DNA of 64,000 bases from Lingula anatina (lineage: Eukaryota; Animalia; Brachiopoda), in NCBI GenBank assembly GCA_051362555.1, contig CM120642.1:3224001-3288000 (forward strand), in the 5' to 3' direction. The notes beneath the pieces were generated by a model. It was not told the origin of the DNA, searched no databases, and worked only from the letters and a program-made list of their open reading frames with translations. Position numbers and translations under genes: made by a program. Shown here piece by piece: positions 1-13,194 of this stretch. The first letter of the stretch is position 1, and each line of letters begins with the position of its first letter.

Positions 1-203
1 CTATGCTTTGTAAAATTGAATTTAGGAAAATTGCAGTTGCTCTGAGTATAGTTTAAAATTCAGCATTATCTGAAATGGGAGAATTATCTGAAAATTGATT
101 TTGTGTTGATTATGTTTGAAATTTTCACAAGTAGCAACAATTGAACTGTTGTGTTGAAGAGCTTTATTTGTTTTGTAACTGAATATTTTTCCTTATTTTT
201 TAG

Positions 204-3200
204 ATGTGTGGAAAATTGGAAGATACAACTGTGAGCCGGCAAGCACAACCCCAGCAGTATAGAAATTCAGGTATTTTAAGTCGCTGTCATGTGGTAAAGT
301 AAAAACTTGCCTAGTGGTAGAGTTGAAAAAATACATTTATATGAAAATTAAATTTCAAAATCATATTTTTATTCATACAACAGTGGAATATTCTGCTATG
401 TAGACTTGTGTGTTTATATAGGGAGATATTGTCAGGTGTTTTCTATCGCAAGTATATCAGTTGGGATGAGGAATAAGGAAATAAAGAAAAAAAAAAATCA
501 CATTTTCATTCATACACCAGTAGAATTTTCTACTATGTAGACTTGTATGTCTAAATAGGAAGGTATTGTCTGGTGTGTTCTTTGTATATAGACTGCAAGT
601 ATATCAGTTGAGATGAGGAAGAAATAAAGAAAAAAATGCCAAATGAGACCATTTACATGAAACCTTTAATGAAAAATTTACTGATTTTCTGCATTTCCCT
701 AGGTAACTTGAATAGGGCACTACTGAAGAAGGGCAACCCTAATGTCAATGTTGGATGGATGGAATCAGTGTTGCAGAAGAAGATTGGCAATTCAGATATG
801 GTATCAGAGGAACAAAAGTATGTGTAGCATATAGAACTTGTGTTTAAATGCTTTTACATTGTAAACATTACTAGTATATTATAAATTATGAATTAATTGA
901 TGAATAAAAGTTATTCAGTTGTGCTCTGATGCAAAGACGTTTTTTTTTTCAAAATTTATCATATTCTGTTTCTCATAAAAACTATTTAAAACTGTTATTA
1001 TTATTATTATTATTTTTTCATTTTATATTTCAAATATTACTCACATTTAGCCGTTTGAGATAAATTTTAAAATCCTTTTCAGGTCTTTAGACAAAAGCGT
1101 TCTTGTAGAGCTGGAAAAGCTTTGGAAAGAGACAAAAGACAGAGATAAGCTTAAAAGCACAATAAGCCAAATTTGTCAGAGAACTTTTAGCACCTCAGAA
1201 AACCCCTACCTGACTGTTATCTTTTTAGTAGAAAATTGTGAAGATTTACGTGCAGGCAAAACTGTCTCTCTCTCTTTTATGGTGATGAGAGAGTTTGAAA
1301 AATGGGCAAAAGACAATGGCAGCCAGTTTGAGCACTTGTTAAACAATGGTTTAAAACTAAAAGCATTCAGGCTTGTAACAACTTTTCACATGCTTCTGTT
1401 TGATCCTGTTGTGAAGTCTTTTTGCCTAAGACATTCTGGGAATGACTATTTTGTGCCATATGTGAAGGTCTTCATTTCTCAGGGAAAGGATAAAGAGGTA
1501 TTTAAACTTCCATTAACATTTATGGATTTTAAAGTTTAAATTTATCAGGTATGTTTTTTTACACTCTGTTTGCATTATGATTTGATCGATGCTGTATGCT
1601 GTCATTGTTTCATTGATATATTGGAAAAGTAAGATATGCAGAAGCATTAACATAATTAGATTGATTTTTCTACACTATTCTTGTTCAAAATGGTACAAGT
1701 ACCTTCATGAATATAGTTACGATATTTTGCCATGTATTATTTTTTTCCTTTGCTTGATGTTCTGTATGTACATATTTCAAGGCTGCCACTGTTGCTTCTA
1801 AACTAAACCTGCAGAGCCATTTTGGAATAGAGGAGGTAAGTTTTAGAATTTACTGGGCAAAAGGTGGTTACATGTAAGTCTGTCTGTGACAGATTTGTCA
1901 TTTGCAGACTGGGTGATCCATATATTGTATAGTTTATTTGAATGGTAGTAAGGGGTCATGTAAAAGGAAATTGGTCAGGTTTTGATATAAAATGCACAAT
2001 AAATTTTTGTGAAGTTATGTACTAAAAGGTGTTATGAGATAAAAAGTGTTTCAATATCAGATATCTGTGTAACACTGAATGAATTTTTACAAGTTAGAAT
2101 TTTTCTCCAACAATTTGAATTTAGAGAAAAGCTTTGAATATGGTTAAATTTGCACGTGTAGTAGATAGAATATAGATAATCTTACAGTAATGGTCCCAGA
2201 TGATAAAAACCATTAAAGAAAATCAACTTTCAAATGACTGTGAGACCTGATATCTCAAAGAATTGGTAATTTCTCTTACAGATTATTGTTCCTCTCCTTC
2301 TACAAGACAAGGTGAATATAATAGAAAATTATGTATTTCGAGACAAGCAGCAGCAGGAAAATGTGGTAGCCTTACTAGACAGGATGTGTGATCGCAGTTT
2401 TGATTTGGAAGACCTACTAAGGTGATTAAAACAAAGACGGATGTCATCCTCTTGGAAATATAGGACAGTTTACAAGACCTGTATCTACTTGATACTCAAA
2501 GAAAGTCTCAGTTTGCATGATCCATAGACAACCTTTGCTTGATGATTGCTTCATGCAATTTAGATGTGATCAAGTTAGCAGAGAAAATGCAAAGTTACAG
2601 TCTACGGATCTATGCAATTTTTTTTTCGCACATGAACATAAATATCTCTGCTTAATGGTTTATCCTGTCTTATTGATACTAAGTATCTATACAAAGTTTT
2701 ATTGAATGAATATTAAGTTGATAGAAATTGATTTATGATCTGAACATTGTTCTTGTTTTCAGCAAGTCTGGAATTTCAAGATCGAAGATAAAACGTGACA
2801 AACTGCATCCTAAAGTTCTAAGCAAGTTGGCCATCAGGTTAATGAAGCTGTACCAGATTCCTCCAGGTATGTATTGTATATGAATGGCATCTGCATATGT
2901 ATGTTGCTCCATTCAGAATAAGTCCGAGGGTCAAATATGGCCGACCCTCTTGAATACATCCCCATGGGATATCTATTCAGTGTCTATTAATGGATTAGAT
3001 GGCAAGCTTTGTAGTGGGTCGACATAAGTTTGACCCTCGGACTAGTTAGTCCCCTATTCTGAATGTTGAAAATTATAATTGTACATAAAATGCTGCATGT
3101 TAGATTGACCCAGTTCAAGATGCATTGTATATTTAACTTCAGAGTTGTGTCCAAACATTTGTAATGCTAGAAGCCTTGGTGGATTGAAGTTTCTCATGTA

Positions 3201-6200
3201 CAAACGGTATATTGAGGTATGACTTTGTTTTTTCCTGCTAATTAAAAAAAAATGTTTTTAAAGAATTGCAATTTGTATTTTTGATCAAACTGTATTTTTG
3301 CATGTATATAAGCACAGGCTTCAAACAACTGCGCATGTGCGAAAAGTGCGCTGTTTAATGAACAAGTTGGTGAAATTGACAAAGCCTGCCGGCGTTTACC
3401 GTCTGGTTGATTTTATTGTACCACCAGCGTAGGCGCTGGCGGTACACATGGTTTTGGTCCCGACCCGTATGTTCCGCCGGCTCCGCCGGCTCCTGCGGCT
3501 CCGCCGGCTCCTGCGGCTCCTGCGGCTCCGCCGCCAAGTCACCGTTACCGCTTCTCCTCCTAGACGGTAAGGGCCTCCATACCCATCTCTTGGATTTAGG
3601 TCACCTATAATCTCAACTCGTTCCACGTAAAATTTGGGCTTTGTCGGTATTGGGGTCTAGGTGTGGCACTCATTGCAATGCACCCTTGTCCAAAAATGGC
3701 AAAATTAAATGCTAATTATCTCCCCTACAGAAGGAATTATGGGAAAAATTTCTACAGACAGCTTTCCAAAAGTCATATGTGTAGATTTCAAATATGCCCT
3801 TGGATTTGACCTTTGACCTTTATTTTAAGGTCAAACGGGCCAAAATTTTCAAAAAAACAAAATTTTTGCCGAAAAAAAAATTATTTGCGGTCTTATTCAG
3901 ACACCACACAGACTTAACTAATAATATTAATGGAAAGTGTTACCCTTCAGGTCATCTTTCATCTCCGTGAATTTGGGGTCAATCGGTGCATTTTCACGGG
4001 AGTAGCGGCCATAAGATATCGAAACTGAAAACTGTCTCTAATTCGGGAACCGTTAATGCTAGACACCCATTCTTTTTTGCATTTTGTAGAGCATGTAAAG
4101 CCCAACACTGGAGGTGGTCTCCGTTTTTTTGTATTCCATACGGTTTTCGAGTTACGCTGTATCAAAAAGTACATATTGGTGGTGAAAGCAAAATGTGCCG
4201 TACGGTAATGGATAATAAATTTTGAACTCCGTAAAAATAAAACATAAGGCTTGGCAAAGCAGACAACTTGTGGTCAAAAATGACATTATTTCATCAAATT
4301 TGAACATCTGGAACTTCAGAGCACCTCCCATTTCAAGAATTTTGACCAAAATGACCTTTTCTTTATTTTAATTAATTTTTTTTGTAGGAAATTTATGGCA
4401 CATTATGGTAACTCCAAAATTATAACATTTAGTCCCTTATATCTCCAAAACTGGCAGAGATAGGTCCATAGTTACTATTGAACTTGAATAGGAAGTCATA
4501 TACTGGCAATCTAAATGTGACCTTAAAATTGACCTTTGACCTACTTTTCACCATGAACTGAACTTTGCAAATTTTGCTTCCTTTTTATCTCCAAAACTGG
4601 CAGAGATAGGTCCATAGTTTCTATTGAACTTGAATAGGAAGTCACATACTGGCAATCTAAATGTGACCTTAAAATTGACCTTTGACCTACTTTTCACCAT
4701 GAACTGAACTTTGCAAATTTTGCTTCCCTTTTATCTCCAAAACTGGCAGAGATAGGTCCATAGTTACTATTGAAGTTGAATAGGAAGTCATATACTGGCA
4801 ATCTAAATGTGACCTTAAAATTGACCTTTGACCTACTTTTCACCATGAACTGAACTTTGCAAATTTTGATTCCCTTTTATCTCCAAAACTGGCAGAGATA
4901 GGTCCATAGTTACTATTGAAGTTGAATAGGAAGTCATATACTGGCAATCTAAATGTGACCTTAAAATTGACCTTTGACCTACTTTTCACCATGAACTGAA
5001 CTTTGCAAATTTTGCTTCCCTTTTATCTCCAAAACTGGCAGAGATAGGTCCATAGTTACTATTGAAGTTGAATAGGAAGTCATATACTGGCAGTCTAAAT
5101 GTGACCTTAAAATTGACCTTTGACCTACTTTTCACCATGAACTGAACTTTGCAAATTTTGATTCCCTTTTATCTCCAAAACTGGCAGAGATAGGTCCATA
5201 GTTACTATTGAAGTTGAATAGGAAGTCATATACTGGCAATCCAAATGTGACCTTAAAATTGACCTTTGACCTACTTTTCACCAAGAACTGAACTTTGCAA
5301 ATTTTGCTTCCCTTTTATCTCCAAAACTGGCAGAGATAGGTCCATAGTTACTATTGAAGTTGAATAGGAAGACATATACTGGCAATCTAAATGTGACCTT
5401 AAAATTGACCTTTGACCTACTTTTCACCATGAACTGAACTTTGCAAATTTTGCTTCCCTTTTATCTCCAAAACTGGCAGAGATAGGTCCATAGTCTCTAT
5501 TGAACTTGAACAGGAAGTCATAAACTGGCAATCTACATGTGACCTTAAAATTGACCTTTGACCTACTTTTCACCATGAACTGAACTTTGCAAATTTTGAT
5601 TCCCTTTTATCTCCAAAACTGGCAGAGATAGGTCCATAGTCTCTATTGAAGTTGAATAGGAAGTCATATACTGGCAATCTTAAAGTGACCTTAAAATTGA
5701 CCTTTGACCTACTTTTCACCATGAACTGAACTTTGCATAGTTTGCTTCCCCTTTATCTCCAAAACTGGCAGAGATAGGTTCATAGTTACTATTGAACGTG
5801 AATAGGAAGTCATAAACTGGCAATCTACATGTGACCTTAAAATTGACCTTTGACCTACTTTTCACCATGAACTGAACTTTGCAAATTTTGCTTCCCTTTT
5901 ATCTCCAAAACTGGCAGAGATAGGTCCATAGTTACTATTGAAGTTGAATAGGAAGTCATATACTGGCAATCTAAATGTGACCTTAAAATTGACCTTTGAC
6001 CTACTTTTCACCATGAACTGAACTTTGCAAATTTTGATTCCCTTTTATCTCCAAAACTGGCAGAGATAGGTCCATAGTTACTATTGAAGTTGAATAGGAA
6101 GTCATATACTGGCAATCTAAATGTGACCTTAAAATTGACCTTTGACCTACTTTTCACCATGAACTGAACTTTGCAAATTTTGCTTCCCTTTTATCTCCAA

Positions 6201-9200
6201 AACTGGCAGAGATAGGTCCATAGTTACTATTGAAGTTGAATAGGAAGTCATATACTGGCAGTCTAAATGTGACCTTAAAATTGACCTTTGACCTACTTTT
6301 CACCATGAACTGAACTTTGCAAATTTTGATTCCCTTTTATCTCCAAAACTGGCAGAGATAGGTCCATAGTTACTATTGAAGTTGAATAGGAAGTCATATA
6401 CTGGCAATCCAAATGTGACCTTAAAATTGACCTTTGACCTACTTTTCACCAAGAACTGAACTTTGCAAATTTTGCTTCCCTTTTATCTCCAAAACTGGCA
6501 GAGATAGGTCCATAGTTACTATTGAAGTTGAATAGGAAGACATATACTGGCAATCTAAATGTGACCTTAAAATTGACCTTTGACCTACTTTTCACCATGA
6601 ACTGAACTTTGCAAATTTTGCTTCCCTTTTATCTCCAAAACTGGCAGAGATAGGTCCATAGTCTCTATTGAACTTGAACAGGAAGTCATAAACTGGCAAT
6701 CTACATGTGACCTTAAAATTGACCTTTGACCTACTTTTCACCATGAACTGAACTTTGCAAATTTTGATTCCCTTTTATCTCCAAAACTGGCAGAGATAGG
6801 TCCATAGTCTCTATTGAAGTTGAATAGGAAGTCATATACTGGCAATCTTAAAGTGACCTTAAAATTGACCTTTGACCTACTTTTCACCATGAACTGAACT
6901 TTGCATAGTTTGCTTCCCCTTTATCTCCAAAACTGGCAGAGATAGGTTCATAGTTACTATTGAACGTGAATAGGAAGTCATATACTGGCAATCTAAGTGT
7001 GACCTTGAAATTGACCTTTGACCTACTTATTATCATGAACTGAACTCTGCTAATTTCTTTCTCTTTTAACTCCAAACCTGGCAGAGATAGGCCCATAGTT
7101 ACTATTGAAGTTGAATAGGAAGTCATATACTGGCAATTTACTGTGACCTTGGAATTGACCTTTGACCTACCTTGCGATGAACTTAACTTTGATTGTACCA
7201 TTTTTAGTAATATATATATTTTTTGCATATTTTGAAAATTCTTGTTGATTGCATTTTTACAGCTTGTCAAGCACAAGACTGGTGGCTGTGTTCCTTATTT
7301 TGTATATGTGGGGGTCTATATGAATGCGCTTGCTCCAGCTGGTGGTACAATATTCGGAGGCGGTATCGCCTCTCTGATCCTCTAGTTTCATTAGCTCTCT
7401 GGTGTCTTTTTGAAAGTTTATATTAGAAATGTTCTATTGATTTTATGTTATAAAAAGTAAATCCGTCTGAATTGCTTAGAAAAGCATTTATTTTACCTTC
7501 ATTTTAAGGGGATTCCCATTGTATTTATAGTGTTATATGTGGCCCCAATGGGGATTTTCACACCTCCCCCACTCTTGATTAATAAAATTCTTCATCTGGA
7601 GGATTGTAAATTATATTGCAAAATACATTGAAAATCGTAGGAAGGTTAACTGCAGATAATGTTGCGAGGATATTCTTAACAGTGGGGGAACTCGGCCAAT
7701 ATAAAATTTTTAACTTTGTTTTACGATTTTGGAGCGCCTGTTCTAATTTTTGAAAGTGAGGCAATGGAACCAAACAATGCGATACAATTTGTAATCTCGT
7801 AAAAATTGCTATTTTTATATAAAGGTTATAGCATGGAGTACATCGAAATGCGACTTGTTTATTATTATGATCTTAAATAATTATTAATATAAAACAAACG
7901 ATTTAATACGTTCTTAACGTTAGCCTATTTATTAGCTTAATTGATTTTTTTTCGTATTTGGAGATTAAAAACACAAAAGTTGTCTGGTTTCATGCACTAC
8001 GTTTCGTTCGTGTGCTATGTATATATGCAAATACATGGCTTAATGCAGTTGCAGTTGTGCAAAAAAAAAAGTAAAAAATTAAGACATTGTCACTTTCTGT
8101 AAACTGCTTTTAAAATTTGCATATTTTGATTAATCGTTTCCAATTTCAGCAATCTTTGACTGGAGAAATTTGGAATGAACTGGTTGAAGGAGCTGTGACC
8201 ACTGACTTTCTAAAGGAACAATTAATTGATCTTTTAATTGGTTACAATGAGGTGTCAGAGGCAGTAAAGTGGGCAAGATATTACAACATTGACTATGAAA
8301 AACTGCCTGAGCATTTACGAGATACTATGGCTAATGCAGCATAGTAAGGAGAATCACTAAAATATGATTTTGGGGGATTTCCAATTTTAATTCATCTGAG
8401 CCTTTTTATTTTATTACATATTAACTAAAGGCGCATCAGGTTTTATGTAAAACACAGTTGACTTATGACTCATTATCTACATCTGTCTTCTTCCTGGAAT
8501 CCAAACTTGATTGGATATTATTAAAACTCTTCTGAGTGTTGTGTTTGTAGAAGATATTGATGACGATTTCTGATTTACAGCTCCAGCCCTGAAGCAGAGA
8601 GTGCCGATTGGGACAGTGAATGTTACAGTGAGAAGGAAGTTGAGGATGCTGCGTACTACGCCCTGGACTTCCCAGAGGAGAACATCATATTTGTGGATAA
8701 CAGGAGAGATTTTTTACAACACATCAGAGAAATATCACAGGTAAGTCCTCTTTGGGCCATATTTCTGCTCCCATTTGGATAACCATAATATTATGTACTG
8801 AATAATGCATTTGTTTTTAAGAAGTTCATAATTACTGGTTTTTAACAAATTTATGATATGTATTAGATGTATGTTGCACCTTTCACTTTCATGTAACACT
8901 TTGTCCACCTCCAGCCTGGAAACATCATCGGCATGGATGCGGAGTGGAGACCATCATTTGGAGCATCCACACCACAACGCATGGCCTTATTCCAGCTGGC
9001 CACTCAGCATGTCATCATTCTCCTGGACATGTTGGCGTTGACCGAAAGACTGACCGCTGAGGATTGGAAGCAGTTTGCCGTCACCGTGTTTGCTAATGAC
9101 CAAGTATTAAAACTCGGCTATGGCTTTGGCTCAGACCTTCAAATGTTGGTGAAAAAGATCCCCTCCATGCAGGAGCCTCTGCTGAGTACCAAGAGAATGG

Positions 9201-12200
9201 TGGACTTGCAGACTCTTCATGCTAGAGTGAGTGGCCAGTGCACAAATCATGTGGAAGGATTTATATTTGAGACTGTTAAAATTTAAAGAGTATTTTTAGA
9301 CAGCTCACATTAAATGGCATTTTATTTTTATGCTGAAATATGACAAATATATATGATGAAACGGCTAGTGGAAAATAAAATAATTGTTTGTAATACTTTG
9401 GGTATAAGGGTGGCAAATGGTGTCATAACTTTCTTTCTTTTTATATCTTCGATAAGACACTTCATATCCAGTGCCTTTTTTCACACACCATCTCATTTGA
9501 ATATCAAAACAAAGTCTTTGGTTGCTGCTAATAATATACTAGTAACATTTAATGTGTACCAAAACTGTATGCAGCTTTACCCATATTTCAGTGCATTGAA
9601 ATTTCTTAATTTTCCACTCCTTATATTAATATTTGAGTAACTGTTATTGAAATTTTAAGATTTAATGAGAGTGTTGTTGGATTAATTTTCCAGATAGAAA
9701 AATCAATGCCAAAGGAACGGGTTCCCAACTTCAGTGGCATGGAAGAGAATGATAGTGATGATGACAAGGTTGTAGAAGATTCTGGAAGTGCAAGTGCTGC
9801 CCCCTGCAGTGAGAAGTCATATACAGTTATAAAGGTTGGTCTTTTTACATGGTATGACCCACAGAAAAAAATGTTATAATTTTGATGCCAAAATTGAAAA
9901 ATTCTTAGGAAATGTAGACACAGTGCCACATGGGCAATTTTGGTGATAGTTTTACTTGGTTCAATAAAATTTTTCTTTACCTAAACCCTTAGGAATGAAA
10001 AAAAAATGCTTAAGAAAATCATTCCTTATGTAAACCCTTTCATATTTTTAATTTTCATATTTAATTTTGAAATTAATAAAAAATGCTGTCAATTTCTTCT
10101 GTCACATATTGTCATGTTTGGATTCTGTTAAAGGTTGGACTGTGAAATGATGAAATAGACAACATGATAACTCATCAGTTAATGTAAAACATTGTGTTAT
10201 GTTGCAGACCTTCAAGACAGAAGAGCGTGGCCTGAGTGACCTGGTCAGACAGTGCCTTGGCAAGCCACTGAACAAGTCACAGCAGATGTCAGACTGGGAG
10301 AGGCGACCACTCAGACCTGCTCAGATCACTTACGCTGGTGGGTTCCTTTTTGTGTATGTTGCATTTGACTTAGAATGGATGATTTTGTGTTACAGCAGTC
10401 TGCTTAATTTAAAAGCCACACTGGTAGTTATCTTGTTTTGTTTAAATATTTTAAAAACCAACACAGATTTAACGGAAGGTTGGATTTTAGTGACAGTCAG
10501 TTTGATTAAACCAATTTAATTTTTAATCTTATCATGTGCAATCTAGATGTTTGTTATGGTTTTCATTACAATCAATGACTTGGGAGAAAAACTTCATATT
10601 TGGTCAAATGTGTTATCAGTGAAAATAATTTGGCTTGTATTTCAGCCTTGGATGCCTATGTGCTGTTGGAAGTGTATCAGGTTTTGACATCTAAGATCAC
10701 TGCCTATGGACTGAAAGTGAATCCTGAACCAAACATTCCTATTGGTAATGTAAAGGGAAGCAAAAAGTCTCGCCAGCAAAGAAAGCAAGATCATGTCAGA
10801 GAAAAACGGAAAGAGTTAGCTTCACAAACTGCAGAGCATCAAGATCAGGTACCATATTGTTATAGTTGATGCTTATGTACAGCTTAGAAATATATTTCAC
10901 TACTCAATATTGATTTAGATGGGATTTTGTTTATAAGTCAAAGAATGTGGTAGATATTTTTAAAGAATTCAATTTAATCATATCAATTTTGGAGTGAAGT
11001 GAAGCAGACAGAGAAGTAATTCACGTGTTCAAAATAACTAGGTACATTTTTAAAAGCAAATGTAAATCAAATGCCTGTATAGCCTAGTATTTTTAAATTA
11101 TTCCATGCAAAACTGTTTAAGTTGACTTCTATCAGTAACCTTATAAAAGAAACAATATCTGTGAAACTGCCATCATAAGACCAAAATAAAATGATTCTGA
11201 TATTTTAACAAAGAACAAATGTTTTCCCAACATTTTACTAAACTAAGTACATCTCTAAGTACACACTGTATAAAGGTACTCATTATTATAGTTTATAATA
11301 TATTTATATATTGTAGACAGCCAGAGAAGGTCGTTCCACTGCCACCCCCAGGCCTGCCATAACACCAGGTGAGCTTCAGCTGGTTGTAGATAATGTGTTA
11401 GGTGGCTTAGGGAGACAGCTCCGCTGTTGTGGAGTTGATGTGGTTATGTTAAAGGATCATGAAGACCACAGTGAAGCCATTGAGGTGAGAGAGCCAGTCC
11501 TGGAAATCCACATGTCATCATTTTATTGGGTGGCTGTTATTGGGTGTAAAACTGGAAATGTGTATAATTTTTTGTGCTCCAATATGTTTAAAGAAATTAT
11601 AGTTACGCTTTACTATTAGTCACTAGTATTTTTTAAGCTGAGACTGTATTTTGAAGCAACCTAAAACGGGTAATAACAATATGGTACTGTAAACAAGAAT
11701 GACAAAGGATGTACAATGTTTTCATGTTTTCTTTCCTCCAGATTTCCAGAAAACAAAATAGAATCATTCTCACGTCAGGAGAACCCTACAAGATGGTAAA
11801 TAATATAATAATAATATAATAGTATTTTAGAAATATGATTTTAATTGAAAATCATAAGGGATGTTTCAAGAGATGTTGAGTGAAAACTTTTTGTGCCAGA
11901 AACAAGCACAATGAAATTATTGTGAAAAGAAATATTTTGAATTACAATGGATTACTTATCATTCATTGAGATATTGAGTTTGGGAGTTTTGAATATTTTT
12001 GCTGGATAGATTATAAAAAGATAATAGTAATAATGTATTGTAATTGTAAATAAATATAATTTACAGTATTTCTCATCTTTTAATAAAGTTTTTTGTACCA
12101 ACAGTTTTATTGGCAGACCACCATGTTGTGATATATACATGTGTAATACTTTTTTAAAAATCTATAGTCAACAACTTCGACAATATTTGTGTTCCATTAG

Positions 12201-13194
12201 GTACTGTCAGACCATGTTATCACTGACTGTATGAAAAAAAAAAGAATATTCACAATAAGATTCGTTATTTTTTAGATCAGAGGACACGTTGGGGAGGATA
12301 TGTGCTACAACGTTGCATGTGATGTATCAAAAAGGGAACAAGTTGTGGACGTTTTACAGCATTTTAATGTGATAGTCATGCAGCGAGATATATTCAGCCG
12401 TTGTCAGGTATGAATATAATTATTATTGTGAATGGGTAATTTAGTTTCAGTGATGTAGAAAAGTATTTTAAAAAGAGGTAATTTGCTGTTTTCTTGTGAT
12501 TGTAAAACAAAGATATGTTACATTTAACACATGTGAAACAATAAGGTGTTGATGCCCAATTTCTTTTTGTGTTGTGGGAAGAGGGGGGCTATATAAAGTG
12601 ACAGGGAAGAACATGTGAAAGAGAGTAAGGACCCCTCAAAGTGATTGGGTACAGCTTCATCACTTAAGTATTCCACTTAATAAATAACAGGTCTTAATCT
12701 AACTGGTAACCATTGTTTGTTACAGTATCAAGATAGATCAGGCACTACTCTAAACTGCTCCTTCAATCTGGAATGCTCTTATGACTACATTTATGCTTAT
12801 CTTTTAGGTGTGTAATGGAAGCAACTATATCAAAATTCCACAAGCAGCAATGAAGGCAGCATGGCTGAGGAAAAAGGCGCTCAGCCAACACATTCCTTCT
12901 CCTGGCTCACCAAACACACTCCGCCTAGATCCTCACATGAGGCACTGTGAGAAAGAACTGGCTCATCTTGGCATTTTCCTATCAGATGTAACTATACAGG
13001 ACACAGGGAGCACCCTAATGGTTGAAACTGTACCAGAGGGCATTTTAAACAGCATGGAGTACTTTTATGGGTGTGGAACTTGTGGCAAAGTATTCTGGGA
13101 AGGACCCCATTTTGAAAGGACATGTAACCAGTTCAGTCACGTTTTACAAGATTCTAAAACAAATGGGCCTAAAACTGTGTATGATGCTGTATGA
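204..13194 (+). CDS. EXD3: Exonuclease mut-7 homolog (EXD3/Nibbler family): DEDDy 3'-5' exonuclease plus Mut7-C PIN/zinc-ribbon domain; 17 coding exons, about 949 aa
   Basis: Hand-spliced GT-AG exons with consistent phases: 204-270, 703-817, 1083-1497, 1782-1835, 2282-2421, 2763-2866, 3143-3216, 8150-8343, 8581-8740, 8915-9226, 9694-9834, 10208-10337, 10646-10848, 11317-11484, 11742-11795, 12276-12407, 12808-13194 (2850 nt). Motifs: IIVPLLLQDKVN, ExoI IGMDAEWRPSF, GYGFGSDL, SDWERRPLRPAQITYAALDAY (ExoIII), Mut7-C VVDNVLGGLGRQLRCCGVD, DIFSRCQVCN and CGTCGKVFWEGPH. The ATG at 204 directly follows an acceptor AG, so an upstream exon lies outside the window. The first two exons are the least certain. 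Confidence 0.93.
357..635. repeat. Two-copy diverged tandem duplication (about 140 bp unit) in EXD3 intron 1
   Basis: aaaatcatattttattcatacaacagtggaat...gcaagtatatcagttgggatgagg recurs as aaaatcacattttcattcatacaccagtagaat...gcaagtatatcagttgagatgagg. Confidence 0.8.
2910..3065. mobile_element. Short MITE-like element (TIR CATTCAGAATA)
   Basis: Terminal inverted repeat cattcagaata...tattctgaatg and internal inverted repeat agtccgagggtcaaa...tttgaccctcggact. Diverged relatives lie at about 25300-25370 and 50005-50160 (caaatatggcc; agttagtcc...tgaatg). Confidence 0.7.
3473..3535. repeat. 9-bp GC-rich minisatellite (TCCGCCGGC/TCCTGCGGC, about 7 copies) in the HINE 5' module
   Basis: Directly visible. 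It explains the low-complexity ORFs at 3355-3626. Confidence 0.9.
4441..7195. repeat. 146-bp tandem satellite array, about 19 copies
   Basis: The unit start atctccaaaactggcagagatagg recurs at 4441, 4587, 4733 ... 6631, 6777 and 6923, with a diverged copy at about 7068. Confidence 0.97.

Larger units (their letters stand above)
3411..7388 (+). mobile_element. Helentron-associated interspersed element (HINE; DINE-1/Pearl-like non-autonomous rolling-circle element)
   Basis: 5' T-run then subTIR ATTGTACCACCAGC (3415-3428) with an adjacent partial inverted copy (3435-3446). GC-rich 9-bp minisatellite and central 146-bp tandem array follow. The 3' end has subTIR GCTGGTGGTACAAT (7338-7351), hairpin GAGGCG-gtat-CGCCTC (7357-7372) and terminal CTAG-TTT. 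No TSD; the insertion site is a T-run. Confidence 0.85.
3311..8016. mobile_element. Non-autonomous DNA transposon with 9-bp TSD (Mutator/MULE-like), interrupted by a nested HINE
   Basis: Perfect direct repeat ATGTATATA at 3302-3310 and 8017-8025. Imperfect TIRs AGCACAggcttcAAAC and GTTTcgttcgTGTGCT. About 730 bp remain after removing the nested element. No transposase ORF is visible. Confidence 0.72.

Noticed and set aside
3355-3626. Low-complexity ORFs (AEPQEP, RRSRRS and GSAGSC repeats) that look like protamine or structural proteins
   Set aside because: All are translations of the 9-bp minisatellite in the HINE 5' module, with no splice context.
4441-7195. Regular array as a possible CRISPR, and ORF 6884-7276 as a gene
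   Set aside because: The units are contiguous 146-bp near-identical monomers with no unique spacers, in a eukaryotic intron. The ORF is a chance reading of the diverged last monomers.
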